Shown: in pieces, positions 25,769 through 37,799 of the stretch
Position numbering within the stretch: the stretch's first letter is position 1
Layout of the letters: the number at the start of each line of letters is the position of its first letter
Assembly: GCA_002104905.1 (NCBI GenBank)
Contig: MCFE01000499.1
Location: 2,250 to 66,249 of the forward strand
Direction of reading: 5' to 3'
DNA length: 64,000 nt
Source: Basidiobolus meristosporus CBS 931.73
Lineage: Eukaryota > Fungi > Basidiobolomycota
Translations under genes and position numbers: made by a program
The notes under the pieces: model-generated
Databases searched by the model: none
What the model saw: the letters and a program-made list of their open reading frames with translations, nothing else
Told to the model about the DNA's origin: nothing

Positions 25769-28257
25769 TCATGGCGATGGTGAGTGAGTTCGCTTGTCGC
25801 CGACGAATCCTTCCTTCCTGACATCCGCCATAAACCGCCCGATCATCTGTAGGTCTACTTCCTGGTCGCTTTCGATGGCCTTGATGAGTGATCCAAGCAA
25901 TGTGTCGACTTCGGTGACAGGGACACCGCAACAAGCAGCGATCAACTTTTTGCATTGTTGCTCTTTCTCCGTGGATCGATGCCGCATCTCGTCTACCTCG
26001 TGTCTCAGCTCGGCGTCATTCTTGGCGTAGGCCGCGAGTCGAGAACGGAGATGGCCGATCTCTCGTTCAAGTTGCTGCTCATAGCTGAGTCCACTCTCTG
26101 CCTGGTGAATACGGTCGCGAACATTGCTTGGTGTCTCCGGGGTCCGAGGGAAGTTGAATTGTGCAGGGACGGGTTCGATCTTTGGTTTGAGCTCGTTGAT
26201 GTTGGCGAGTTGCTTTTTCAGTGGCTGGATTCTCTCTGCCTCTTTGTGGATGGCCTTTTCCAGATAGGTCATTTTGGACTGGGTTTCCTCGAACTCCTGT
26301 ACCTGGTGCTGTAGTTGGTCGATCTTTTTCCTGGCCTCGCTCAACTCCTTGGTTGCGGTCTGGAGTTGCTTTTTCGCATCAATCAGCTCCTGCTTTTTCG
26401 AGTTGATCTCGGTTGTGAACGCCGTCTCCAGCTCGGTAACCATTTTCTGCACCACTAAGGGAGAACTTCGTGTTAGCTGTAGGCAACATACAAGCGCCAC
26501 CGAAATCTACCAACCATTCACTAGCTCAGAGCCTGGTCTTGAAGGAGTAAACACATCTAAGGCGTTGTTAGATGTTGACTGTTGCATGATCCCAGAGTGA
26601 TCGCCCTAATAAAAACATTATTCAAGCCATTTAGACTGTGCAACGAACTGGCGAGTCTGATGGTGGTTACCTGAGCGGTGTCAAGGATTCCGAAGTCCCG
26701 CGGCTTAACTCCAGCACGGTTGGGAATATCTGGACTAGCCCCAGCCTTTAGCAGCTGCCTAATGAGACTCTGGGTGCCCAGCCGGGCGGCGATGTTAAGA
26801 GGGGTATCACCTTTCCGGTCTTGAACATCGATGAGATTCGCAACCTGAAGCTTGTTCTTCGCCATCCATTCGAGTAGCGTTTCCATGTAGTACTTGGTTG
26901 CTTCAACTCGTCCTTTGATCGAGGCGGTCAGAGCGATATGGTGAAAAACGGTGCGATGCTTGTGATCTACCAAGGCGAAGGTGTCCTTAAAGTAGCGTAG
27001 GAGCTCAGGGAACGTCTGCCGATCGTAATTGTTAGTCACCAGCACCGCCCTAATCAGTCCCGTCTCTCCAGAGTGGTTGGTGCGCAATGGGTTGGCACCC
27101 ATTTGGAAGAGCCGTTCAAGAATCGGGATTTGTCCGAGCGCCGCCGCCCAATGAAGAGCTGAATGTCCATGCTCATCAATCACCATATCAACATCGAAGT
27201 TGGGAGGCGGGGAAGCGTCCGTTAGAATGGATGGTAACTCCAATGCGTTGCCGCCCATGAACACCCCCATCAACGCCTTACGATACCGCTCTGCATCACT
27301 GTTGTAGTTAGTGTCAATGCCATGAATACCAGCGTCGGGAAGAGAGGAGGATGGAATGTCATCGACGGTTGGGGAGTTTACCAAAGGAGAACCAACATTT
27401 GATACATATTTGTGTCGTTTCTTAGGGAGATCGTGATTTCTGATGTTTGATGGGGTTGATAATGGCGAATCCTCCAGTGGTTGGAGGGAGGGAAGCGGGG
27501 ACGGAGTGGGGGAGATGCGGCTGACGGAACGGGAGCTGGACTGCGCTCTCGAGCGCTTGATAACGGGGCTTGGTGTTGGTGGAATCGGGGAATTCCTTTT
27601 CTTCTTCTGCACATTACCAATATTCCCCATAGTTGCTTTATTCGCTGCTAAAGCCTGCTCCCTTGCTTGTTCCTTGGTAGGGGTTCGGTCTTTGGAGCCG
27701 TTTGCGGTGGGGTTGTAATATAACAGTGGATGAAGCAGTGGCTCAACCTCATATTGCTCAGCCAACTCTAGACCACGCTCAAAAGGGATCCTGGAGGAGA
27801 AGAACAAGAAACGATTTTAACAAAGAATAGGAAGATTGAAGAAAGGGGCAGAAGATTTTCTCGATAAACAAGCCAGACAATGTAAAGAGAGAGTGGTGAC
27901 AGCGAGAAACTCCCGTGGGGTCAAGGGGATTCTCTCCTCGACCTGAAAGCAAAGGTGCATCTATCCAGAGTGCTAACCCACACAACCACAAATAAGTGCG
28001 AAAACCGCTTTGTATGCTTACCAAGTTCCTTGATATTTACCATATCCACCTTGAACTTTCTCGTGTTCCCCATTCAGCACTTCGCGTTCGAGGATTTTCG
28101 TTCGCTTCCCTTTGTCGATGCCGGCAACCTTCAGGATTTGGGTGGCGTTCAGATAGGAATCGCTGCGACGGCGCATAACTGCTATGCCGCGGCAAATCAT
28201 TTCATAGACCGATACTCCGGAATAAACTGCGGAGTAAATGTTGGAGGAGGTGGACAT
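25769..28257 (-). CDS. APSES/KilA-N plus ankyrin G1/S transcription factor (Mbp1/Swi4/Res1-Res2 type), ~710 aa, 4 exons (28257-28022, 27790-26671, 26605-26515, 26454-25769)
   Basis: KilA-N motifs [47 protein letters not shown]|IP. Ankyrin repeats [15 protein letters not shown] and [15 protein letters not shown], then a C-terminal coiled coil. Three GT-AG introns give one continuous frame. Confidence 0.92.
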
Positions 28258-30919
28258 TGTTCCACGAAATACTCTTTATATATATGGTATGCTTGTGCCA
28301 GTGTGTTCTATATGTTTATTGGTTTTGTTGGAGGCAAAACTGAGAAGATGAAGGAGAAGAAAACGTAGCGGGGGAGGTCAAGAGGAAAGACCAGGTATAG
28401 GGTTCGAAAAATATCCGGAAACCCCGTGAGGTGAACAGAAAAAGATAAAAAAATCGGGAACAAAATACCAATGCACCAGGAAACTAGAGTAGCCAGCTCG
28501 CATCAAATAAAGCAGGGACTAGGCGCGTTGTCTGGGGGGATCGATAGGAGGATGGGTCATCATCGTCAAACAATTCTTCGATTTCTTGTTTATCCAAGTT
28601 TAGCACACCACATCATCTAAGCTGCCAAATAGCACACATTGCAAGAAAGCTGATCAAAATCCACGAAGGCGATGTTAAGTGGTGCGCAATTGGGGACTAA
28701 ACCATCGGGCTCCAGTTGCCCATGACATTCCTGGAAGCACAGATGGATCCGGGGCTGGATATTTTTTTCATCTTTCGTGGTGGCTCCTGGTGGGATTGAG
28801 CCACACCTGATCCCATTCCTTCATACTTGCATTGTAAACAATGTCAAAAAGAGTATCTGCAACGGAGCGGGCCAATTGGGGCCCTTGGAGCGGTGGGATC
28901 AGTGGGCGTGCTGGGCTGCCTGATTGGCTGCGGCTGGCAACGGCTGATCGGAATGGAAAAATGCGCAGCTCGTGACTGTTCTTTCTGGATGTGCTACATG
29001 CTAATGTTGGTGGTTGATACACACACGCATCCAGAAACATGATGTATGCTAAGCAGGTGAGTGTTGTCATGGATGACCACGTCGCAATGGATCATGTGTG
29101 GATGCGACCCCATTGAGACTGGATTGATGCTGTCTCAAGGGTGGATATTGCCAACTGCACCTACCGCGCTCTTCGGATCCAATCTATATATGAACGATCG
29201 ACTGAGGAACTAATGAACTGCAGGGACTGGGATCTGATGGGCATCCTCCCATCGGCAGCGGTGCTTCATCGACGTCGCGGGACATCGCCTTTCGATGTTG
29301 CCATATGGAATTCCCCTCACGTATCGTCGCTACACCAAACCGCCTTTGTCTGCACACTTATGGGGTGTGAATTCGATGATCTATTGCTGGTGCGATTTGT
29401 GTGGGAATTGGTGAGGATTCAATCGAGGGGTCAATTTTTCGGTGCAGATGTCGATGTTTTTGGCCGGTCGAAGGTTCTAGAACGTGAGTTAACAATCAAA
29501 GTCTCTACACTATTGCGGGATGCTGGTCGTTTCACGCGCATGGCAAACGTGAGGATGGGCCTTTACCTTTGAGTCGACTGGCAGACCTATGACCACTTCA
29601 GCTGTGGGTTATGTTTCATATCCGTGGCATTTTTATATGGGCTAACCCCCCTTGTCTAGCACATGACATTGAGGCTTGGTTCTATGCCTAGAATTCCAAT
29701 TGCTATCGACGTACTCTGATGCTTTTTTTCAAGTTCATGGGACATCTGATCACTAGGGGGAGCACAGAAGGTGCCATGCTCTGTGTATTTTTATTTTCAA
29801 TAAGAAATTGGGGAGGACTGGCATGTGAAACTACAACAATTAACATCTCTTGGATACGTGGATATTTCCTTAAACTTGATTGTTGAATCAGTATACTCTT
29901 ACTTCACTATATAAGGAGGTGTGCACTACAGCAGAGGCTTGAATTGGTACGCCAGTCAGCCACCTACCCTGTGCTTTGCGCCCTCAATTCGCTTGATGAG
30001 GTATGGCTGGTAGATGGAACTATTCCTCCAAAATACATTGATGCCTCATCAGATAGAGTTACGTCCTCATGGCATTCATACTGCTTCAAGTACTTGCACA
30101 CGCAACCTTTCAGTAGGGCATTAGAGAAGCACAGTATTTTTGGTACTGCTGGTTACTTGACTGAAGACTAGTGCACCAACATACAACGGTGCTATGAGTC
30201 CAAACACAACCCATATTGGATGATATGAGCGAAGCAAGTGGAAATGGAAGCTTGAAAATATCAGGGAATTGGTAACAAGCCTGGTGTTCGCTTCATGACT
30301 CGTTGAGTGAGAATGAAGTGTATATTTTCGGCACAGCCTTGTCGAACTCGGCATAAAATTAGTAGCATAAGACCAGGGATGAAGAGCGAGGCTTTTGAGC
30401 CCCTTCGAGAATTGCTACGCAACATTACCAAATTTCCCTGGAATAAGCCACAAATTTCTAATCGATCTCAAATATTCTGGCCAGGCCGGAAATAAGGATG
30501 CACGATTAATTAGGTGCAATACCAAACATTTGCAACAGCTAGTGATATGCACTACCAATGCCGGCTTCCCTTACAAATCAATGCCATAAGCTAACCAACT
30601 TCCCTGCTGCCTGCTTAGACCCATTTCTATGGCATGCGAATACTACCATCACACACGAAGATATCAGAGATTGTGTAAAAACAACCTTAATTTTGTACCT
30701 TTATATTTAAAATCATCAGTTCTAAACACCCAGCATGGAGGTGATGTCAAAGTGGTAACAAGAAAACGTAGTACGTGCAACCTGATTCATAATGAACAGA
30801 ATGTAACTGAATGTGAGGAGTAAGCATTTGCCATGGCATACCGCAGCCTCTATCCCTCCAAAAATCTGCTACTTCGGACTGCCATCTATTGGCCGTAAGG
30901 AATACATAGTATATCAAGT

Positions 30920-32380
30920 TCAACCGCGACTGGCAAACATCACTCCAGTCCCTTCTATGCACGAAGCAATCTTGCGAATAGCATTGGCTATGGCTGCTGT
31001 ACGGTAATCAATGTTGCCAAATTCATTGGCAGTCACCCGGGTCTCTTCACAAGCCTTGATCATAGTATCTTCCAGTCCGGAGTATACCAACTCATGCTCC
31101 TCAGCCCCATGGATCACAACCTGGCGCTCAGACTCACTAAGCTTTCTACCTGCCTCCGCTTCAACCAAATCAAGCAATTGCTGCTTACCCTGCTCTTCCC
31201 ATTTCCTGTTCATGCGCCCAAAGCGAACATGAGAGATATTCTTCAACCACTCGAAGTATGATACACACACTCCCCCAGCGTTCGCCAGCAAATCGGGAAC
31301 CACCACAACTCCCTTTTGGACAAGGATCTCATGAGCAGCTGGGGTAATAGGCCCGTTGGCCCCTTCATTGATGACCTTGGCCTTGATATTGTGGACATTC
31401 TTCAATCCGATTTGACGTTCAAGGGCGGATGGTATCAGGATATCGCACTCAACCTCCAGTGCCTTGGTTGAGCCTGCCATCACTTCCGCATGTGGATAAC
31501 CCTCGAGAGTTCCATGCTCAGCTTTGTACTCGCCCAATTTCTCGATGTCAAGGCCATCCACATTGTAAACACAGAACTTACTATCAGCCACTGCAACAAC
31601 CTTGGCCCCATTGGCGATGAAGAACCTGGCAGCATAGAGCGCAACATTCCCGAAACCCTGAAGGGAAACCGTTTTTTCTGCGATCTCTCCGGTAAGTCCA
31701 GTAACCCGCTGCACCTCCTCAAATTTAAGGAACTCCCTTGTACTGTAGTACACTCCAAGCCCAGTGGCTTCAGTGCGGCCACGAACACCTCCTTGGTTGA
31801 TAGGCTTGCCAGTGATGCAACCAACGCTGTTGATGTCGGTGGGATTTAATTGACGGTAGGTATCCATTATCCAGGTCATTTCTCTACCGCCAGTATTCAC
31901 ATCAGGCGCGGGAACATCCACGCCAGGTCCGAGGAAGTTCTTTTGGCATAATTCCAAAGCGAAACGGCGGGTGATGCGCTCCAACTCTCCAACAGTGTAG
32001 TTTCTTGGGTTAATGGCGACACCACCCTTGGCTCCTCCAAATGGTACGTCCACTACTGCACATTTGTAAGTCATCAAGGATGCCAGGGCTTCCACCTCCT
32101 GCATGTCAACCTCCTGAGCGTACCGGATTCCTCCCTTGACAGGAAGCTTGTGGCGAGAATGCTCGGCACGGTATCCACGAACGATCTCGGTTTCCCCATT
32201 CTCTCTCTCAATGGGGAATGTGACACTTAGGATGGCGTCTACTCCCCTGATGGTGTTCAATACGGATTTCTTGACTCCACTTGCCTTCGCCGCGATATCG
32301 AAGAACTCCTCAACACACTGAAGGAAGTTTGGCTCGTGCGCCTCACAGGCCACATTCTCGTTTCCGTGATACTTCGACAT
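30920..32380 (-). CDS. Glu/Leu/Phe/Val-family glutamate dehydrogenase, animal (GLUD1-like) type with antenna segment, 486 aa, intronless
   Basis: Motifs KGGIRY, MTYKCA, FGGAKGG, DVPAPD, GFGNV, EGANGP, NAGGVCVSYFEW. An insertion lies between SHVRFGRM and GAEEHELVYSGL. Confidence 0.93.
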   Translation of the reverse strand: MSKYHGNENVACEAHEPNFLQCVEEFFDIAAKASGVKKSVLNTIRGVDAILSVTFPIERENGETEIVRGYRAEHSRHKLPVKGGIRYAQEVDMQEVEALASLMTYKCAVVDVPFGGAKGGVAINPRNYTVGELERITRRFALELCQKNFLGPGVDVPAPDVNTGGREMTWIMDTYRQLNPTDINSVGCITGKPINQGGVRGRTEATGLGVYYSTREFLKFEEVQRVTGLTGEIAEKTVSLQGFGNVALYAARFFIANGAKVVAVADSKFCVYNVDGLDIEKLGEYKAEHGTLEGYPHAEVMAGSTKALEVECDILIPSALERQIGLKNVHNIKAKVINEGANGPITPAAHEILVQKGVVVVPDLLANAGGVCVSYFEWLKNISHVRFGRMNRKWEEQGKQQLLDLVEAEAGRKLSESERQVVIHGAEEHELVYSGLEDTMIKACEETRVTANEFGNIDYRTAAIANAIRKIASCIEGTGVMFASRG

Positions 32381-34168
32381 CCTAGATTCTGACTAATGGT
32401 AAGTGACTCGGGAAGTATTTATAATTCGCCTCACTAGTGCATCCCTGGTGATCTATATCGACAGAGATTATCGCATCGATCTACCTGATATTCTCTCACG
32501 GCATCTCCCGATTACTGTCGTTCATCTCAGGGATTCTGGGTAGCCAAGACCATCAAACGGCCGATGGACCTCGATTCATCTTAAGCTCTACCCTGATGGC
32601 CGGCGAGTACAAAACAGCGTTGGCTTATTGATTAAGAAAGGTTGTAGGTACTTGGTCGCATCGTGGCCCAACTGGTCAAGTGAAGTCACAGATGTTTAGT
32701 CCACCGGGACTCATTCATCTTCAATTTTCGCGTGGGACAAGATGCTCAGACAAATCAAGGGCGCCTGAGTCACGGCAAGGCGTCCTATGCGAGCTTACAG
32801 GGTTTGGATCCTCCGAATCATCCATAGGCCCTATACCGCAGATCACACCTTAACGTTCGAGGATTGTATCAAGGGCATGGGGCCCCAACCTTGTCTAGCT
32901 AGCGAAGTTGTGATTTCCATGCTCCCACCTAAGGCTCACACCCCCTAATCCCAGTACACCGCTGACGACACTGCTCTAGAGTAATGATGAGCCATTCTCT
33001 CCCGGGGGAATGGTCAGGGTAGTTCGGCCCACTTGTGAGATCCCTCTTCGTTATATGATGGTGAAAGAGAATTCCGAGGTTGGTTGAACAAGCAAATGGC
33101 CATTCCCAATTGCTGGATATCATCAGCCTGGTCAAGTTGGTCCCAATCACCACCTATCGGGATCCCGATTGGGGGTAATGTAAGTGACAAGCCATCACAT
33201 GAGTGCGTGCTGTTAGATCCTTGTTTAGATTACATCGACTTCGCACTACCATGATGTTGGAGTAATGATAGGGCAGGCTTCTTGCATATAACGTTGCGTC
33301 GAAGTCCAACAATCTCATACTGACTTGCACAGATAGTTCGGGCTTCCGAGGCGGACTTGCTTATCATTGTAGAGGGAAATCTGTACGACATAGTTTATTT
33401 TCCATCTACCAGGTATCCTCGCATTCTGGCCCTTGGCTTGGCAAATACCGGAGGCTCCTCTTGCTTCAAGGGGCCATTCCCCACCAAATGTACCAGAAAC
33501 CTTGTTGACAGCGGTGCTAATTGTCTTTAATATTCTGGGTCTCATCAACCCGAGTGCCAATACTCCAGTTACGGTATTAAACAACATCGACTGTGCAACT
33601 CGTTCATTGAGGTTGCTGATTGTCTGACTTTGATGAAATCCATATCAACAAGTGCAATATTTGACTTGTTCCCAGTGACCATTTGTATTCTTGGGTGATG
33701 TTTTCCCCGATATGAACTGGGCACCTGTGCCATACTTATCCAGTTTATTAGACTTGTTCTATGGAATACAACTACATTGTGCCAAATTGGTCTGGTATGG
33801 TATGTATGAATCTACTGATATTATAATAAGAATCTGGGCAATCTTTCCTACTCTTCTGCCTTCTTTTATTTATGACTTCTCTGTATATCTTCTCTACTAA
33901 ATGCTAAATCTTTTGACATAAATGAGCAGCAATAAAGCTTTGCGAGCAAATCTACAGAACTCTGAGCCAAAACCTTCACTTGCTAATAGGTAAGAGTGGC
34001 TCTTATGACTGCAGAGTGACCTCAGGCATCTAGGTGGTCCATTGATGTCTGTACTAGTCAAATCCCTTAACTATTGCAAGAGCCTCTATGCCAAGAACTC
34101 TTGGAGAAATAGATACACCATGCTTGCAAAAAGAAAATGTGTAATAAATGCTATAAGCATGGGCTCAC

Positions 34169-35472
34169 TGTTGTAAAGATTTGTAATTCCACCTAAATAT
34201 TCACCTAGTTCAAGATGTACAATCTAGGAAAACTCAGTTACTATTTAGGGATAAAGTTCTCCACAGACAGAAGTACCCAGACTATAACCCTAAGCCAATT
34301 CAAGTATATTCAAGATATACAAAAGAAGTACCAAATGGAAGACTGTAAACTGGCAGCTACCTCCATGGAGACAAACCTCAACTTGGTCAAAACTCGACCA
34401 AATCAAGAGAGCTTGGTGCCATCTGAAAGCTCTGACTTTCCTTATCAATGTATAGTCAGCAGTCTGATGTATATTACGCTCGGAACATGTCTAGATATCT
34501 CATATTCAGTGGGAGTTGTCAGCCAGCATAATCAGAACTATGGATCTGATCATACTGCAGCAGTTAAGTGGATTTTTAGATACCTAAAAGGAACTGCTGA
34601 TATCTGCTTAAGATACACCTATAAGGATTCAGAACAGGATCTTGTGGGTTACTTGGATGCTGATTGCGGACAAAACTTAGAAGATAGAAGATCCACCACA
34701 GGATACACCTTCTTTACTGTAAAGGAGCAATTTCATGGAATTCAAGTCAGCAACCAACCATAGCACTCTCCACCACAGAGGCAGAGTATATGGCAGCCTG
34801 TGAGGCTACAAAAGAAGTAATGTGGCTAAGAAAGTTCTTACAGATTTAGGCCTATGTCAAAAAGCACCTATTAATTTATTTCAAGATAATCAAGCAAGTG
34901 TACAAATTAGGTAGAAATCCAACCTATTGTGCTAGAACTAAGCACATAGATATTAGACATCATTTCATATGTGAAGCTATAGAGAGTAACTTAGCTAGCT
35001 TAGTTTACTGTCCTACAGATGAAATGATTGCAGACATATTTACCAAACCATTAGCTAGTGTCAAATTTAATTATCTTAGGTCAAAATTAGGACTAGTCAG
35101 TATGAGCATTTAGCTGAGTGGGAGTGTTGTAAAATTTGTGATTCCACCTAAGTACTCACCTAACATAGTCACTTATGTCATTATCTTCAAATCCTAGGGA
35201 ATACTGACCAAATTCCTTGTTGGGACTTACTTGGAACATTTTCATCAAAATATCAGGTACCCAGAACATGCAAATTCTCAAAGTTGTTCAAACGGCCCCA
35301 AGCTTTGCACACATGCTCTTAGGACTTTCCTTAGCTTATTCTATGTGTTTGTAATGCCAAGACCATGTAAAAGTATATTACTACTTTTACATTCAATAAA
35401 TCATTGAGTGAAAACCACTTTATCTACTTGTCCTCCCAAATCACTTCCAATATCTCCAAGACTCTTATAGCA
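34169..35472 (+). mobile_element. Internally deleted Ty1/Copia element
   Basis: First 40 bp of the 5' LTR is fused to the RT C-terminus (FKMYNLGKLSYYLG). RNase H motifs follow ([23 protein letters not shown]), then PPT tgagtgggag and a 3' LTR (35125-35472). TSD CTCAC flanks both ends. Confidence 0.88.
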
Positions 35473-36456
35473 CTCACAAGATTTAGCATCTTAGGAAGTA
35501 AACATGGGCAAAGTAATGTAACCTTTGAGGAGTGAGCTGGTCCCTAAGGTGGATCCCATCCAGATTGAGCATTGGGATCCTATAAGTGATCATCATTAAA
35601 TTAGCAAGCCGGAATTCTTATGCTTGGCAATGGACTTATGGCAGTATCTTCATGGTGTCATGCAATCTGGACTGCCCAATATGATAAAAATGTGATGGTG
35701 TTCTAGCAACCTTATATTAAACCTCTAATGACTTCATTGCAGTGTTATAGAGATACCTTGCTAGCAAATGTTTCTGATTGCCTCATATGATGAAAACTTG
35801 ACTAGGTTATGACTGCCTTCTGATAGACTCTTACAGGCTTTTACCTCAAAAAGAGCTGTAATAATTCCATTGAAAGGCCACCAAAGGACTAAATCCCCAT
35901 GACAAAGAAGTGGTGACACCATTAGTGTCATGATCACATGACAACCATGAACACCCATGCCAAGTTTCCGCTTCCTAGCTCAATTTCTAAGAGATTCCTT
36001 CTGGAACCTTCTACCACCTTCCAGAAAGTTCCTGACCATTCCAAACCATTGTTACACAATGGAACATTCCATGGAAGCATTCCATCATATTTTTCATAGT
36101 CCAGTACCATATATGGAAATACCAGGTCACATGACTTAGTCACATGATCAGGTGACCCAATCCATTTCCCCATCCTGTCTCAGTGCCGTGTCATCTATGT
36201 CATTATCCCCAGCACCATTGCTGTGCCTCACCCCACAACCCCATTAGTATTAGCTAATATCTCTTGGCATCAGTATAGCCAAAAAGTATATATAGTCCTA
36301 TCCCCCCTTAAGTATTCCTCAGTCTGATAAACACAGGTCTTGAATAAACAGCCTTGCCTTGGAAATCCACCTTGCCTTGTTGATCCACACCTAAGTCCTT
36401 TCCTGGTCCTGCCTTGCCTAGCTCTACTCTCCTGCTTTGTGTCTATTCATAACAGT

Positions 36457-36467
36457 TTTATCAGACT
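36457..36467 (+). promoter_or_regulatory. Self-priming PBS (11 nt) of family B
   Basis: tttatcagact lies 2 nt after the LTR end and is the exact reverse complement of agtctgataaa at 36321-36331, 34 nt downstream of TATATATA (36287). Confidence 0.8.
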
Positions 36468-36831
36468 CCCCTGACTTACCTGTGGATCCCTGCCTTCTGC
36501 CCAAAGTTTGAAGAAAACTTGTAAAAGGAATACTCACTGTAAGTATCACCCATCATCTTTCCCTAGTGTTGTCCTATAAAGGCAAAGATACTTTATCTTT
36601 GTAAAACTATTGGTCAAAGCTGCATTCACTTTATTACCCTGCTGGTGGAGTTTACAGTTGTTACAGTATTGGAAGCTTTAGTACAATATTCTATCAAAGG
36701 ACGTTGAAACCCATACCTTTCTGAAGTGACGCTAACTTATCTAAGTTGGGGATTGTGGCTCAATAGTTGTATTCTTGACATACTAGTGGCTTTACAAACT
36801 CACAACCTAGTTTAGTATATTCCAGTATTCC

Positions 36832-37794
36832 TTGCAAGTTCATCCACCTTCCTCTGCTGCCATTTCCAACCTAGAGCTGAACTTTGCCCAGCTCATGGCT
36901 GCCTTTACCCAACTGCAGCAAGACCATGCAGACCTCAGAAACACTCTTGCTCAGTTCCAGAACCAAAGTGTCCAGCAAACTAGCCATGTCCCAGTCTACC
37001 AAGAACCCAAGTATACTCCTGCTACCAAGTTCAATGGCTCTCAGAATGAATTCCGTGGCTTCATCAACATGGTGAAGAACAATCTTGCACTCCAGCCCAA
37101 CTGGTACCCCACTGACCAGGCCAAAGTTGGTTTCATCTCCAACCTGCTTACTGGTACAGCTCTCAAGTGGTTCTCCCCATTAGTGGAGACCAACTCTCCC
37201 CTCCTCAGAGACTACCAAGCTTTTCTCACTGAAATGGAGCTAACATTTGGTAACCTTGACCAAGCCAGAACTGCTGCCAACAAGATCAAGACCCTCAAGC
37301 AAGGGAACAAACCAGCATCAGTCTATGCCTCAGAATTCCTACAACTCCCCAGTGACCTCAGCTCCTGGCGTCAAGCAGCCTTGATTAGCCAATTCCAAGA
37401 TGGCCTCAATGATGATATTTGTGATCTGCTACTCACACTCCCAGATCCAGATACATTGGCTGAAGCTATGCACCAAGCAATCCGGTGTGATAACAGACTA
37501 TTCCAGAAGAAGCAAAAGAACCGTCAAAGACACATTCCTGTTGCAGTCCCAGCCCCTCCTGCTCCCCAAGTCACTCCAGAAGATCCTATGCAGATTGAGA
37601 GTGCCAAATAAAAGAAACTATCAAAGAGTGAGAAGTCTAGACATCAACAAGCCAACCTCTGTCTATACTGTGGCCAACCAGGTCACTTTGCCAAGTCCTG
37701 CCCCAACAAGAAGTCCAGCTTCAAGCTGATGCAGTCCTCCAGTAACCAACCTGATTCAGATCTGTCGGGAAGCTCCAATGTCCAGTTGCACTGA
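36832..37794 (+). pseudogene. Chromovirus gag with premature TAA (37609-37611) before the CCHC knuckle
   Basis: KFNGSQNEFRGF and LLTGTALKWF motifs. [14 protein letters not shown] follows in frame after the stop. A slippery-site-like GGGAAGC at 37767-37773 lies where pol begins in the -1 frame. Confidence 0.85.
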
Positions 37795-37799
37795 CAGGC

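Noticed and set aside
28524-28528. ACGCG (MCB core) ~270 bp upstream of the APSES gene, suggesting autoregulation
   Set aside because: Single 5-mer with no clustering; not distinguishable from background.
25794-32321. Overlapping ORFs such as 25955-26314, 27443-27718, 29141-29572, 31490-31849
   Set aside because: Antisense or off-frame shadows of GC-rich coding or decayed coding DNA, with no motifs.
24101-32380. Horizontal transfer from an animal host for DM9 and GDH
   Set aside because: Nothing in the sequence requires it: DM9 has fungal-style introns and both genes match local composition. Only a phylogeny could test it.
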